DNA of 64,000 nucleotides from Planctomycetota bacterium (GTDB lineage: Bacteria > Planctomycetota > UBA1135 > UBA2386). Under the pieces are notes generated by a model that was given only the letters and a program-made list of their open reading frames with translations, made no database searches and had not been told where the DNA came from. Numbering within the stretch: position 1 is the first letter of the stretch; each line of letters opens with the position of its first letter. The position numbers and the translations under genes are program-made. Positions 1-10,587 of this stretch are shown piece by piece. The stretch is from assembly GCA_965223545.1 (NCBI GenBank), contig OZ245006.1, positions 1,952,001 to 2,016,000 of the forward strand, given 5' to 3'.

Positions 1-108
1 CAGGGTGACGCGGTTGAGAATCGACGACAACTCGCCGGTCGCACCGGGAGAACCGGCCTGGTCGCGGAGAATCTGGTCGGAGAGGGTGACGCGGCTCGTT
101 TGGGTCAT
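1..108 (-). CDS. fbp: Class 1 fructose-1,6-bisphosphatase, N-terminal fragment (runs off the window start)
   Basis: ATG at 108 overlaps the upstream stop (ATGA). Manual translation MTQTSRVTLSDQILRDQAGSPGATGELSSILNRVTL resembles the FBPase-I N-terminus (TL..FI...Q...P.ATGELT.LL). Only 36 aa visible; not in the ORF track. Confidence 0.6.
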   Translation of the reverse strand, partial: MTQTSRVTLSDQILRDQAGSPGATGELSSILNRVTL

Positions 109-2009
109 GGCACGGCTTTGACGACGAAAGTGGCCAGCGGTGGCCCACCGGGATCCGAGCGGACAATGTAGCGCCCCGCGGCTGGAGTAGGAACCGCGAC
201 GAACAGCCAGACACCGGGCTCGGCACGCAGCAGCGGGCGGCGGTCACCATCGTGTTCGACCGACAGCACGGCACCCGGCGCGCCACACCACTGCACGTAG
301 CGGAAGCGCGCGTCCGCGGACCGCTCGAGCAACGCGAAGTCGCCCGGCCGCGGCGCGGCCGGCGGCTCGCCGCGGCCGACGCGCCAGTAGAGCACCACCG
401 CATCGGTCGCCGACCGGCCGGCGTCGACGCCGGGAACGTCGAAGCGGGCGAGCGCGCGCAGCGCCCGGCCGGCGTCGAAGTCGGCGGAGAACCAGCGCCC
501 GCTGGCGTGACTCTGGGGCGCTTCGGCACTGGTTTGCTGGAACTGCACCGGATGGTCGAGGACGAACCGCACGCCGCGCCGGTCGAGGTAGTCGTCGAGC
601 GCGCCGGCGCGCAGCGCGGCGAACGCCTCGGCGTTGACCACGCCGTCCAAGTTGACGACCGGCCCGGGCCGGTACCACGCGGCCAACCCCGCGTTGAACA
701 CGCCGATCGGGACCTCGGCGGGGACCACGCGGTCGACCAGCTGTGCGGCCATCTTCATCTCGTGCTGCCACGGACGCTGTTCGGGCAGCGCGCGCGCTTG
801 TGCGGCAGCCAGCAACGCGGCGGCGACGGCGGCGGGCCAGAGCCAAGGCGGCCGCCGCGCCGCCGCCAATCCCAGCGCCGCGCACAGAGGCACGCCCAGC
901 GGCGCGAAGTAGTACGGCCGCGGGTAGTGGCGCCAAACGTGGTGGCAGAGCATCAGCGCGATGGCTCCTGCGAACAGCGCCAACGCGATCCGCGCCTCGC
1001 GCGCAGGCGCGCTCGCGACCGAGCCCGACGCCGTCGAGGCCGCCGGCGACAGCGCCAGAAACAACGCCGCAACCGCCGGCACCTCGAGATCGCGCGCCCC
1101 GGCCACGGCAGCCAGCGCAACCGCGACCGCCGGCCACCACCGGCGGCGCGCTGGCACCCACCGCCACGACACGGCCCACGTCCACACCGCTGCCAGCACC
1201 ACCGACACCAGCGTCCACGGCCCACCCAACGCGCACGGCCGCAGCCACCACCACAGCCGCGCACCGCGCTCGGCGAGACCGGGGTCGGTGGCGGCGAAGT
1301 GCTGCTCGAACAACCACGGGATCGGCTGCGCGCTGTCGGGGACCGCGCGACCGGTGAGCAGCACACAGACCAGCGCCACCGCGACGCCAGCGACCGCGGC
1401 CGGCATCAGCGCCCGCGCAACGCCACCGCCCGACCGCGCCGCAATGCCGAGGAACGGCAGCAGGAGCAAGAGATCCGTGCGCACCAGCCCGGCGAGCGTG
1501 CCGACGATCGCCAATGACACTCCGCCGCGCCGCGCCGCCCACCACAGCGCCAACACCGCGAGCCCGGCGAGCGCGGTCTCCTGCCCGTTCTGCGCCTCAC
1601 TCAGCAGGAACGGATTGCCCGCGTACAACAGCGCCGCCGCGACCGCGACCGCGCCGTGCGCGCGCAGCAAGACACCGATTCCGACCGCGGTCGACACGTG
1701 TAGCACGAGGCCCAGACCATGCGCAGCCACTGGCAGGACGCCGGCGCCCCAGCCCGCTGCGACCACGGCGAGCAGCGCCGACCAGCCGAGCTGCACACCG
1801 TGCGTCGCCACCCCGGGCACGACGCACGGCCCGGTGCCGGCGGCGACGCTGCGCGCCCAGGCGAACTCGTAGTAGGCATCGTCGCGAAAACGCGTCACCT
1901 CGGGCATGGCGCCGAAGTCGAGCCGCAGCACGACCGCCACCGCCGCCGCCGCCGCGATCACGACCAGCGCCGCGACCTCGTACCCACGCGCCGGCCCCGC
2001 CGCGTTCAC
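105..2009 (-). CDS. Polytopic membrane protein, GT-C (ArnT/PMT-like) glycosyltransferase-like
   Basis: DDAYY motif after the first TM, many TM segments, NGQET and RTD motifs, C-terminal 'FNAG...VNLDGVVN'. GTG start at 2009 overlaps the upstream TGA (GTGA), so the ORF-track 5' extension is probably spurious. Confidence 0.65.
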   Translation of the reverse strand: MNAAGPARGYEVAALVVIAAAAAVAVVLRLDFGAMPEVTRFRDDAYYEFAWARSVAAGTGPCVVPGVATHGVQLGWSALLAVVAAGWGAGVLPVAAHGLGLVLHVSTAVGIGVLLRAHGAVAVAAALLYAGNPFLLSEAQNGQETALAGLAVLALWWAARRGGVSLAIVGTLAGLVRTDLLLLLPFLGIAARSGGGVARALMPAAVAGVAVALVCVLLTGRAVPDSAQPIPWLFEQHFAATDPGLAERGARLWWWLRPCALGGPWTLVSVVLAAVWTWAVSWRWVPARRRWWPAVAVALAAVAGARDLEVPAVAALFLALSPAASTASGSVASAPAREARIALALFAGAIALMLCHHVWRHYPRPYYFAPLGVPLCAALGLAAARRPPWLWPAAVAAALLAAAQARALPEQRPWQHEMKMAAQLVDRVVPAEVPIGVFNAGLAAWYRPGPVVNLDGVVNAEAFAALRAGALDDYLDRRGVRFVLDHPVQFQQTSAEAPQSHASGRWFSADFDAGRALRALARFDVPGVDAGRSATDAVVLYWRVGRGEPPAAPRPGDFALLERSADARFRYVQWCGAPGAVLSVEHDGDRRPLLRAEPGVWLFVAVPTPAAGRYIVRSDPGGPPLATFVVKAVP

Positions 2010-2821
2010 GGCTTGCCGGCGAGGAACGCCCGCACGGAGTCGCCGCACGGTCCGTCCGGCAACAGCGGCAGGGCGTCGTGCCCGGCGCCCGGCGCGACGA
2101 CCAGCGGCGCGTCGAGAGCGGCGGCCACGCGGCGGCCGTGCTCGAGCGGCACGACGCGGTCGGCGTCGCCGTGCAACACCAGCGCGGGACAAGACACCGC
2201 CGCCGCCGCGGCCAGGTTGTCGAACGGATGGCGCAGCAGCCACCGCACCGGCAGCCACGGGAAGTGGTGCGCACCGGCCTCGGCGACGCTGGTCGGCGGC
2301 GCCAGCAGCACCAGGCGGTCGGCGCCGCGCGCCGCGGTGTGCACCGCCAAGAACGTGCCCAGCGAGCTGCCGCCGACCACCAGCGGCAACTGCTGCTCCT
2401 CCGCCCGCGCGCGCGCAAAGGTGTGCGCCACTTCGGCGGCCTCGCGCAGCGCGTCGTACGAAGCGCGCCCGTCGCTGTCACCGTAGCCGGGATACTCGGC
2501 GACGATGGTCTGCAGGTCGTAGAGGGCGAGCTCGGCGGACCAACCAATGCCGCTGCGCAGGTCCTCGCCGTTGCCGAGGAAGTAGAGCATGACGCCGCGC
2601 GCCGGCCCCTTCGGCGCCGCGCGCGCGATGCGGAACCGCTCACCGCCCGGGCGCTGCAGCCACTCGACCACCGCCCCCTGCACGGACGGCAGTGCCGCGC
2701 CCCGCCCCCTGCCGGCACCGGGAAACACCAGCGCCTCCTGCTTGACCCAGACCAGGCCGACCATCAGCGCGTAGCAGGCGGCGACAGCCGAGACGACGAT
2801 CCAAACCATGCGCCACCGCAT
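2006..2821 (-). CDS. Alpha/beta hydrolase (Bem46/ABHD-like) with N-terminal TM anchor
   Basis: GNGE, EYPGYGDS, GSSLG nucleophile elbow, HGDADRVVP, GAGH. ATG at 2821 in a TGATG overlap with the PNP stop. Confidence 0.85.
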   Translation of the reverse strand: MRWRMVWIVVSAVAACYALMVGLVWVKQEALVFPGAGRGRGAALPSVQGAVVEWLQRPGGERFRIARAAPKGPARGVMLYFLGNGEDLRSGIGWSAELALYDLQTIVAEYPGYGDSDGRASYDALREAAEVAHTFARARAEEQQLPLVVGGSSLGTFLAVHTAARGADRLVLLAPPTSVAEAGAHHFPWLPVRWLLRHPFDNLAAAAAVSCPALVLHGDADRVVPLEHGRRVAAALDAPLVVAPGAGHDALPLLPDGPCGDSVRAFLAGKP

Positions 2822-3639
2822 CACGGCGTAGACGCCGTGGCGCGACAAAACCCGTCGAGCAAGTCGGCGAATCGCCGCGCCGCGCGCGCCCCCTCGGCAA
2901 TCACTTCGTCGTGGCTGAGCGGACGCTCGCCGATGCCCGCCGCCAAGTTGCTGATCAAGGAGATGCCGGCGAGCTCGACCCCCATCGCGGCGACCGCGCT
3001 CGCCTCGAGCACCGTGCTCATGCCCACCGCGTGCGCGCCCATCGCCGCCAGCATGCGCACCTCCGCCGGCGTCTCGTAGGCCGGGCCGAGGTTGCCGGCG
3101 TAGACGCCTTCGACCAAGTCGGCGTCCAGCCCGCGCAGCACAGCGCGCAGCGCCGGCGAGTAGACCGCGGTCTGGTCGGGGAAGCGCGGACCCAGCGCGG
3201 GCTCGGCGTCGCCCAGCAGCGCCGACTGCCCGGTCAGGTTGAGATGGTCGACGATCAGCATCAAGTCACCGGGCGAGAACGAGGGATCGATGCCGCCGGC
3301 CGCGTTGGTGATCACCATGCGGCCCACCCCGAGCCGGGCCAGCGTGCGCAGCGGCCGCGCCACCTCGGCCGGCGACCAACCCTCGTACAGATGCACCCGG
3401 CCGCTGAGGCAGGCGACCCGCAGCGTGCCCAGCCGCCCCACCGTGAGGCTGCCGCCGTGCCCCTCGACGCGCGGCACGGGCCAGTGCGGCACCTCGCCGA
3501 ACGGCACTTCGAGCGGATCGCTCAACCGCTCGGCAAAGCCGCGCAGGCCGCTGCCCAGCACCAGACCCAGGTCGGCGCCGTCGATCCCCCGGGCGCGGAG
3601 CGCCGCCACCGCTTCGTCCAGTCGTCGACTCTCAGCCAC
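2821..3639 (-). CDS. punA: Purine nucleoside phosphorylase (trimeric type)
   Basis: VLGSGL, GRVHLYEG, TNAAGG, GPAYETPAEV, VGMSTVLE, SNLAAG, LSHDEV. Confidence 0.95.
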   Translation of the reverse strand: MAESRRLDEAVAALRARGIDGADLGLVLGSGLRGFAERLSDPLEVPFGEVPHWPVPRVEGHGGSLTVGRLGTLRVACLSGRVHLYEGWSPAEVARPLRTLARLGVGRMVITNAAGGIDPSFSPGDLMLIVDHLNLTGQSALLGDAEPALGPRFPDQTAVYSPALRAVLRGLDADLVEGVYAGNLGPAYETPAEVRMLAAMGAHAVGMSTVLEASAVAAMGVELAGISLISNLAAGIGERPLSHDEVIAEGARAARRFADLLDGFCRATASTP

Positions 3640-5650
3640 GCATCACTCCTGCCATGCACGCGGTGACGCACGTCGCCACCGCCCCCGCCAACATCGACCG
3701 CACCGCCAAGGCGGCGATGTCGGCGCGGCGGCTCTCGGCCATCGCACTCAACCCGCCGATCTGGATCGCGACGCTGCCCAAGTTGGCGAAACCACACAGG
3801 GCGAACGAGGCGATCAGCATCGTGCGCTCCGACACGGCCCCCGCCGCATCCATCGCGCCGAGCTGTTGGAAGGCGACCAGCTCGGTCAGCGCGATCTTGG
3901 TGCCGAGCAGCTCGGCGAGCAACCGGATCTCGCCCGCCGCCACGCCCATCACCGCGGCCACCGGGCTGAACAGCCATCCCAGCAGCACGCCCACCGACAA
4001 CCCCTCGACGCCGACCCAGGCACCAACGCCGGCCAACATCCAGTCGAGGACCGACACCAGGCCGAGAAAGGCGATCAGCATCGCCGCGACGTTGAGCGCC
4101 AGCCGGAGCCCGTCGAGCGCGCCACTGGCCGCCGCCTCGACGACGTTGTTGGCGCGGTCGCCCGTGCCGCGCACCACGCGCCCCATGGTCTCGCTGGTCT
4201 CGGTCTCCGGCCACAGGATCTTCGACACGACCAAGCCGGCCGGCACCGCCATGACGCTGGCCACCATCATGTGGCCGGGGTCGATGCCGAAGGCCACGTA
4301 CAGCGCGAAGACCCCCCCCGCGATCGTCGCGTAGCCGCCGGTCATCACGGCGTGCAGCTCGCTCATCGTCATCCGCGCCAGGTACGGGCGCACCATCAGC
4401 GGCGCCTCGGTCTGCCCGACGAAGATGTTGCCGCAGGCCGACAGCGACTCGGCGCCCGACGTGCCGAGCAGCCGCGCCATCACCACCGCCATCGCCGACA
4501 CCAACCGCTGCATGATGCCGAGGTGGTAGAGCACCGCCATGAACGAGGAGAAGAAGATCAGGGTCGGCACCACCTGCGTGGCGAACACGAACGCGAACCC
4601 GGGACGCCCGGGCAGCGCCATCCAGGTCGTGCCGTCGTCCAAGGCCAACACGCCGGGGTCGGTCAGGTTGGCGTCGGCGACGATCGGACCGGGCGCCGCG
4701 CTCCACGCGACGCCGTCCTCGCTGCGCGCCGAGAATCCCGCCCCGATGAAGAGCAGGCCCTGCTTGTCCGCCAACAGCGTGCCGCGCCAATCACCGCTGC
4801 CGCGCAGCTCGACCGGCGGTCGCAGCGCGAACGCGAGTCCGTCGGACGACGTGGCGTGGTGGGCGCGGTCGCGAGCTCCGCGCACCGGCGCCAGCAAGTG
4901 CCAGGTGTCGCCGAGCCGAGCCACGGCCGGAGCCGCCAACACCGCGCCCGGCACGCGCAGCCGCTCGCCGGACTCCAGAACACATTGCCCGCCGGGACGC
5001 CAGCGCGCCGACAGCAGCACGGCCTCGCCGGCGCGGTCGCGGTGCGCGGCGAAGTAGAGCCGCAGCGCATCGCCATCGCGCACCAGGCACGGGTCGAACA
5101 CGGTGCGCACGTCGGCGGGCAAGCCTTCGATGACGAGCGGCACCGGCTCTGACCAGCTGCCGTCGGCGGCGCGCTCCGCCGCCGCCAGGCCGGCGAGCGA
5201 TGCGGGCAGCGCCGGATCGCCCCACTCGAACACCGCCCGCGGGACACCGTCGGCGGCGACCGCGAAGGTCGGCGCCGACGCGCCGCTCGCGAGCAAACCC
5301 CGCGCCTCGAAGCGAACGCCGTCGTCCGCTTCGTACAGATGCAGATCCCGCGTCGAGGTCTGGCGCCCGAGGTCGCCGAACACGAACTCGGTGCCGCGCG
5401 CCGACAGGTCCAAGAACCCCTTCACCCCGCGGCCGAGCGATTGCAGCCATTGGTTGCCGGTGTCCCAGTACAGGAACGCGCCGCCGAGGACGACCTGCAG
5501 CAACACGCCGGCGCCGACCAGCCGCCACGAGATCGCCCGACGGTCGCGTGAGGCGAGCACGCACGCGCCGAGCAGCACGCCCACGCCGAGCAGGGACCAC
5601 AGCTGCAGCATCGGCGCTGCATCGGACACCATCGCGGCGGGCGATTCCAC
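3632..5650 (-). CDS. nupC: CNT/NupC-family nucleoside transporter with a large soluble insertion
   Basis: ISWRLV...LLQ, GTEFVFG, PTLIFFSS, NIFVGQTEAPL, GYATIAG, FALCGFANLGS, QIGGL. Start may be at 5611-5650. Confidence 0.9.
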   Translation of the reverse strand: MESPAAMVSDAAPMLQLWSLLGVGVLLGACVLASRDRRAISWRLVGAGVLLQVVLGGAFLYWDTGNQWLQSLGRGVKGFLDLSARGTEFVFGDLGRQTSTRDLHLYEADDGVRFEARGLLASGASAPTFAVAADGVPRAVFEWGDPALPASLAGLAAAERAADGSWSEPVPLVIEGLPADVRTVFDPCLVRDGDALRLYFAAHRDRAGEAVLLSARWRPGGQCVLESGERLRVPGAVLAAPAVARLGDTWHLLAPVRGARDRAHHATSSDGLAFALRPPVELRGSGDWRGTLLADKQGLLFIGAGFSARSEDGVAWSAAPGPIVADANLTDPGVLALDDGTTWMALPGRPGFAFVFATQVVPTLIFFSSFMAVLYHLGIMQRLVSAMAVVMARLLGTSGAESLSACGNIFVGQTEAPLMVRPYLARMTMSELHAVMTGGYATIAGGVFALYVAFGIDPGHMMVASVMAVPAGLVVSKILWPETETSETMGRVVRGTGDRANNVVEAAASGALDGLRLALNVAAMLIAFLGLVSVLDWMLAGVGAWVGVEGLSVGVLLGWLFSPVAAVMGVAAGEIRLLAELLGTKIALTELVAFQQLGAMDAAGAVSERTMLIASFALCGFANLGSVAIQIGGLSAMAESRRADIAALAVRSMLAGAVATCVTACMAGVMRG

Positions 5651-5671
5651 CGGCCGCGGCCGGCCGCGCCG

Positions 5672-6136
5672 TCAGGCGGCGCCGAGCTCGTCGTCCCAGC
5701 GCAGGTCGCGCTCGGCGACCTGCTCCAGGATCTCCACGCGCAACCCCTCGAGCCTGAGCCCGAGGCGGTCCAGCACCTCGGCGGCAACGCCATCATCCTG
5801 CGCGGCGACGCCGAGCAAGAGATGCCCGGCCTCGGTCTCGGCATGCCCCAGCCCGAGCGCCTCTTGGCGCGCCATGTGGACCGCCTCGCGCGCGTCGCGC
5901 GTCCATGGCAAGTGGTCCTCGAAGCCAAGCCGGCCGTCGCGCGACAATCGCGAGCGCAGCGCATCCTCGACATCGACCCAGGTGACACCCGAGCGCGCCA
6001 AGACATCGCGCACGCCGGCGTCCTCGAGCAGCGCCAGCAGCAAGTGCTCGGACGCCACCGCGGGGTGGCGCAACCGCCACGCCCAGGTCAGGGCGCGCGA
6101 CAACACTCCGCCGCTCGAGGTGTCCAGCTGGATCAT
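5672..6136 (-). CDS. Stand-alone Clp N-terminal (Clp-R) repeat protein
   Basis: Two Clp-N repeats: 'LRHPAVASEHLLLALL' and 'EALGLGHAETEAGHLLLGV'. No AAA domain. Alternative ATG at 6208. Confidence 0.8.
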   Translation of the reverse strand: MIQLDTSSGGVLSRALTWAWRLRHPAVASEHLLLALLEDAGVRDVLARSGVTWVDVEDALRSRLSRDGRLGFEDHLPWTRDAREAVHMARQEALGLGHAETEAGHLLLGVAAQDDGVAAEVLDRLGLRLEGLRVEILEQVAERDLRWDDELGAA

Positions 6137-6359
6137 CGACGCCGAGTCGGCGGAGCCCCCCGAGGCCACGTGGCGGCCCCATCGTCTGCCCAATCGTCCG
6201 CGGTTCATCTGAAGAGAGGTCGGTAGAAACCGGTTGTTGCTGTCAGCCGTACTGGCGGCCAGCGGGTTTTGGTGTGTGGGGCTCCGGACTTCGACGTTCG
6301 CAGCCGGGGCCGAGGATCCCAACTTGTGCGGGAAGGAGAAGTGGTGCAAAACTCGCTCG

Positions 6360-7181
6360 ATGACAACGGGCTCTTCGGACGCGGATTTCGCGGCGCCGCT
6401 CCCCGGCACGGCGGAGCGCATTCTGGATGACGGGTCACCGGAGGTCCTGATCCGTGAAGAGCCGCTCTCGATCGAGGTCGGTGGCGAGAGCGTGCTGACC
6501 ATGCGAACCCCCGGCGCCGACGAGGAGCTGGCGACAGGATTCCTGATGACCGAGGACGTTATCCAGTCTCCCGCCGACATCGAGCACGCCGATTGGCAGG
6601 CCGGCGACCCGGCCGCTCTGCGCGCCGACACCATCCGGCTGCGGTTGCGCTCCGCCGCCACCGCGCCGCGCGGCCGGTTGACGCGCACGCACGAGATCCG
6701 CCCGTCCTGTGGTCTGTGCGGCTTCGCCAACCCCGAGGAGCTGCTCGAAGATCTGCCGGCGCTGCTGCCGGCGGCGCCGCGGCTGACCGCCGCCGCCGCC
6801 AGCGCGCTGGTCGCGCGCCTGCCGGCCGTGCAGCCGCACTTCGCCGCCACCGGCGCCTCTCACTCGGCCGCGGTGTTCGCCGCCGACGGCACGCTCTGGG
6901 GCAGCGGTGAGGACGTCGGCCGACACAATGCCCTCGACAAGGCGATCGGTGCGGCAGCGCGCGCCCAGCACGAGCTGGCGCGGGGCATCGCGGTCCTCTC
7001 CGGCCGCGCCGGCTTCGACCTCGTGCTCAAGTGTCTGCGCGTGCGGATCGGCGTGGTGTTGTCGGTGTCGGCGGCCTCGGCGCAGAGCTTCGATTTGTGC
7101 CGCGCCGCGGGCGCGACGCTGGCCGGTTTCGTGCGCGAGGGGCGGATGCGGGTCTATCTGGACGGCGGCCGCCTCGACTGA
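6360..7181 (+). CDS. fdhD: Formate dehydrogenase accessory sulfurtransferase FdhD
   Basis: [40 protein letters not shown]. Confidence 0.93.
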   Translation: MTTGSSDADFAAPLPGTAERILDDGSPEVLIREEPLSIEVGGESVLTMRTPGADEELATGFLMTEDVIQSPADIEHADWQAGDPAALRADTIRLRLRSAATAPRGRLTRTHEIRPSCGLCGFANPEELLEDLPALLPAAPRLTAAAASALVARLPAVQPHFAATGASHSAAVFAADGTLWGSGEDVGRHNALDKAIGAAARAQHELARGIAVLSGRAGFDLVLKCLRVRIGVVLSVSAASAQSFDLCRAAGATLAGFVREGRMRVYLDGGRLD

Positions 7182-7210
7182 GGAGGCCGCCGCGCTACCA
7201 TGCGCGGCCC

Positions 7211-8437
7211 GTGTTGACGCCGACCCGCCGCCGTTCGACCCCCGTCGCCATCCGCACCGTGACCGTCGGCGGCGGCCATCCCGTCGCGGTCCAGTCGATG
7301 ACCAACACGGACACGGCCGACGCCGAGGCGACCGCGCGCCAAGTCGCGGAGCTCTACCGCGCGGGCTCCGAGCTGGTGCGCATCACGGTGAACAACCGCG
7401 CCGCCGCGGCGGCGGTACCGGAAGTGCGGCGGCGGCTCGAGGACGAGGGGCTGGACGTGCCGCTGATCGGTGACTTCCACTACAACGGCCACGTGCTGCT
7501 GCGCGAGGAGCCCGCCTGCGCGGCGACCCTCGACAAGTATCGCATCAACCCCGGCAACGTCGGCCGCGGCGCCAAGCACGACGCCAACTTCGCGACCATG
7601 ATCCAGGTCGCGAAAGACCACGACCGTCCGGTGCGCATCGGCGTCAACGCCGGCTCGCTCGACCAGGAGCTGCTGTCGGCGCTGATGGAGGAGAACGCCC
7701 GGCGCCCGAACCCACAGCCCGCCGAGCAGGTGACGCTGGAGGCGATCGTGCAGAGCGCAGTGCGCTCGGCCGAGGCAGCCGAGGCGCTCGGTCTGCCGCG
7801 GGAACGGATCGTGATCAGCGCGAAGATCAGCCGCGTGCAAGAGCTCAACTGGGTCTACCGCGAGCTCGCGCGCCGTACCGACCACGCGCTCCACCTCGGT
7901 CTGACCGAGGCGGGCATGGGCATGAAGGGACTGATGGCGTCGGCGGCCGGTCTGGCGTTGCTCCTGCAAGAGGGCATCGGCGACACCATCCGCGTCTCGC
8001 TGACGCCCGAGCCCGGCGCGTCGCGCAGCGTCGAGGTGCGCGCCGCACAGACTCTGCTACAGGTGATGGGCATCCGCCCGTTCATGCCGCAGGTCACCGC
8101 GTGCCCGGGCTGCGGCCGCACCACGAGCGACGCATTCCAAGTGCTGTCGCGCGACGTCGAGCGCTTTTTGGCCGAGCGCATGCCGGAATGGCGCGCGCGC
8201 TACCCCGCCGCCGTCGGCCTGCAGGTGGCCGTGATGGGCTGCGTGGTCAACGGCCCAGGTGAGAGCAAGGCCGCGCACATCGGCATCAGCCTGCCCGGCA
8301 CCGGGGAAGCGCCGCGGGCACCGGTCTACGTCGACGGCGAGCACGCGTGCACCCTCGAGGGTCCCGAGCTGAGCCGCGACTTCATGCGCATGATCGAGGA
8401 CTACGTGCGCGGAATGGGCGATCCGGCGGCGTCCTGA
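7211..8437 (+). CDS. ispG: (E)-4-hydroxy-3-methylbut-2-enyl-diphosphate synthase
   Basis: [61 protein letters not shown]. Confidence 0.97.
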   Translation: MLTPTRRRSTPVAIRTVTVGGGHPVAVQSMTNTDTADAEATARQVAELYRAGSELVRITVNNRAAAAAVPEVRRRLEDEGLDVPLIGDFHYNGHVLLREEPACAATLDKYRINPGNVGRGAKHDANFATMIQVAKDHDRPVRIGVNAGSLDQELLSALMEENARRPNPQPAEQVTLEAIVQSAVRSAEAAEALGLPRERIVISAKISRVQELNWVYRELARRTDHALHLGLTEAGMGMKGLMASAAGLALLLQEGIGDTIRVSLTPEPGASRSVEVRAAQTLLQVMGIRPFMPQVTACPGCGRTTSDAFQVLSRDVERFLAERMPEWRARYPAAVGLQVAVMGCVVNGPGESKAAHIGISLPGTGEAPRAPVYVDGEHACTLEGPELSRDFMRMIEDYVRGMGDPAAS

Positions 8438-8571
8438 CGGGCGGCGACGCCCCCATTCACCGCGGGGCTGGAAAAACACCTGTCGCCACTGGTAGCCTGT
8501 TTCTGGGTGCGGTCCGGTCCCGGGTGGCCTACAGACCCGTTCCCAGCACGGTCGCTGACCTCGGATCGACC

Positions 8572-9261
8572 ATGAGCAACCTATTGTCGATGACGGACTC
8601 CATGCCTTTGCACGCCGGTGTCGCGACGATCCACGTGGTCGATGACGAGCCGAGCATTTGCCGCCTGTTCGAGCGCATCTGCGCTCAGATGGGACTGCGC
8701 GTTCAGACCTACTCCGGCGCCGAGGCGTTTCTCGAAAACTACGACCCCGAGACCCCGGGCTGCCTGATCCTCGACGTGCAGCTGCCGCAGATGAGCGGCC
8801 TCGAGCTGCTCGAGCGGATCTCCGAGCTGCAGTGGCGCATTCCGATCGTCATCATCAGCGGCAAGGCCGAGGTGTCGACCGCGGTGCGCGCGTTCAAGCT
8901 CGGCACCATCGACTTCCTGGAGAAGCCGTTCACCAAGGACGAGATCGCCGCGGTGGTGACCAACGCGGTGCAGATCGATCTGCAGCAGCGCCGCGAGAAC
9001 GCGCAGCTCAGCGAGATCGCCCGCCGCGTCAACAAGCTGACCCCGCGCGAGCGCCAGGTCATGGACCTCGTCGTCGAGGGGAAGTCGAACCGCGTCATTG
9101 CCGACGAGCTCGGCGTCAGCCCCAAGACCATCGAAGTGCACCGCGCCAACGTGATGCAGAAGATGGAGGCGGGGTCGCTGGCCGGCTTGGTCCGCATGGT
9201 GATCGCCAACCGGCAGGGCAGCGCCGAGCCGGTGCGTCCGCCCGAGTCGACCGACAGCTGA
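8572..9261 (+). CDS. FixJ/LuxR-family response regulator (no kinase in the window)
   Basis: VVDDE, LDVQLPQMSG, DFLEKP, LTPRERQV...GKSNRVIA..LGVSPKTIEVHR. Confidence 0.93.
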   Translation: MSNLLSMTDSMPLHAGVATIHVVDDEPSICRLFERICAQMGLRVQTYSGAEAFLENYDPETPGCLILDVQLPQMSGLELLERISELQWRIPIVIISGKAEVSTAVRAFKLGTIDFLEKPFTKDEIAAVVTNAVQIDLQQRRENAQLSEIARRVNKLTPRERQVMDLVVEGKSNRVIADELGVSPKTIEVHRANVMQKMEAGSLAGLVRMVIANRQGSAEPVRPPESTDS

Positions 9262-9269
9262 GCCCGCCG

Positions 9270-10580
9270 TCAGGCGTGGCGGCCGAGGATCAGTGACCGC
9301 GGCAGTGGCGGCGCCTCGGTCACGGTGAAGGCCGACGCCAACCGGCCGGCGGCGGCGGCGGCCGCGGCCTCGCTGGCGGCGTGCAGCTCGGCGAGCGGAG
9401 CACCGCGCGCCACGCGGTCGCCGACCACCGCGCGCAGCACGACCCCGACGCGGGGATCGATCGCGTCGCTGGGCTGCGTGCGCCCCCCACCGAGATCGCG
9501 CACGCACAGACCGACGACGAGCGGGTCGACGTCGCCGACGAAGCCGTCTGCCCCCGCCTCGACGCAGCGCACCACAGGCGCGGGGTGCAGCCGATCCGGG
9601 CGGTCCAAGAAGCCGGGATCGCCGCCCTGCAACTGGACGTTGCGCTCGAGGCAAGCGCGCACCGCGCCGCTGCCGAGCAAGTCGTCGAGCCGCGCCCCGG
9701 CCGCCGCGACATCGGCGTCGACGCCGCCCAGCACCAGCATCTCCGCGGCCAGGGCGCGGGTCACGGCGAGCAGATCGGGCGGGCCGTCGCCGGCCAGGCA
9801 GGCGGCGACCTCGCGCACCTCGAGCGCGTTGCCGGCGGCTCGACCGAGCGGCGCATCCATGTCGGTGAGGAGAGCGACGACCTCGATTCCGGCGGCGCGT
9901 CCCGTCTCGACCAGACTGCGCATCAGCGCTTCGGCCGCCGCGCGTTCGCGCATGAACGCCGCGCGGCCGCACTTGACGTCCATCACCAACGCTTCGATGC
10001 CCGCCGCCAACTTCTTGGCCAGGATCGAGGCAGTGATCAACGGCACGCTCTCGACCGTGCCGGACACGTCGCGCGCGGCGTACATGCGCGCGTCGGCCGG
10101 CGCGATCTCACCGCTCGGCGCCGCCATCGCGTAGCCACAGGCGGCGACGGTGGTGCGGATCTCGTCGATCGACAGAGCGGTGCGGTAGCCCGGGATCGCG
10201 GCGAGCTTGTCGAGCGTGCCGCCGGTGTGGCCGAGGCCGCGGCCGGACACCATCGGCACGGGCACTCCCGCCGCGGCGACCCACGGCGCCAACAGCAGAC
10301 TGACCTTGTCGCCGACGCCACCGGTCGAGTGCTTGTCGACGACCTTCGCGGCGAGGCCGGTGTGCTCGATGCACCGGCCCGAATCGCGCATCGCGCGGGT
10401 CAGTGCCGAAGTCTCCGCCACGCTCATGCCACGGCAGCACACTGCCATCAGCCAAGCGCCGAGCTGCACGTCGCCCAGACTGCCGTCGACGACACCGCCG
10501 ACGAGGTCGCGAATCCGCGCCTCGTCGAGCTCGCCGCCGTCGCGCTTGATCGCGATCAGCTCGGCCGGGTGATGCTGCAT
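9270..10580 (-). CDS. deoA: Thymidine/pyrimidine-nucleoside phosphorylase
   Basis: IAIKRDG, DKHSTGGVGDK, SGRGLGHTGGTLDKL, ITASILAKKLA, DVKCG, GNALEV. Confidence 0.95.
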   Translation of the reverse strand: MQHHPAELIAIKRDGGELDEARIRDLVGGVVDGSLGDVQLGAWLMAVCCRGMSVAETSALTRAMRDSGRCIEHTGLAAKVVDKHSTGGVGDKVSLLLAPWVAAAGVPVPMVSGRGLGHTGGTLDKLAAIPGYRTALSIDEIRTTVAACGYAMAAPSGEIAPADARMYAARDVSGTVESVPLITASILAKKLAAGIEALVMDVKCGRAAFMRERAAAEALMRSLVETGRAAGIEVVALLTDMDAPLGRAAGNALEVREVAACLAGDGPPDLLAVTRALAAEMLVLGGVDADVAAAGARLDDLLGSGAVRACLERNVQLQGGDPGFLDRPDRLHPAPVVRCVEAGADGFVGDVDPLVVGLCVRDLGGGRTQPSDAIDPRVGVVLRAVVGDRVARGAPLAELHAASEAAAAAAAGRLASAFTVTEAPPLPRSLILGRHA

Positions 10581-10587
10581 CGCCCCC

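Noticed and set aside
6304..6318. CCGGGGCCGAGGATC resembling one end of the 201-bp element
   Set aside because: Only about 15 GC-rich bases match, with no extension; plausibly chance.
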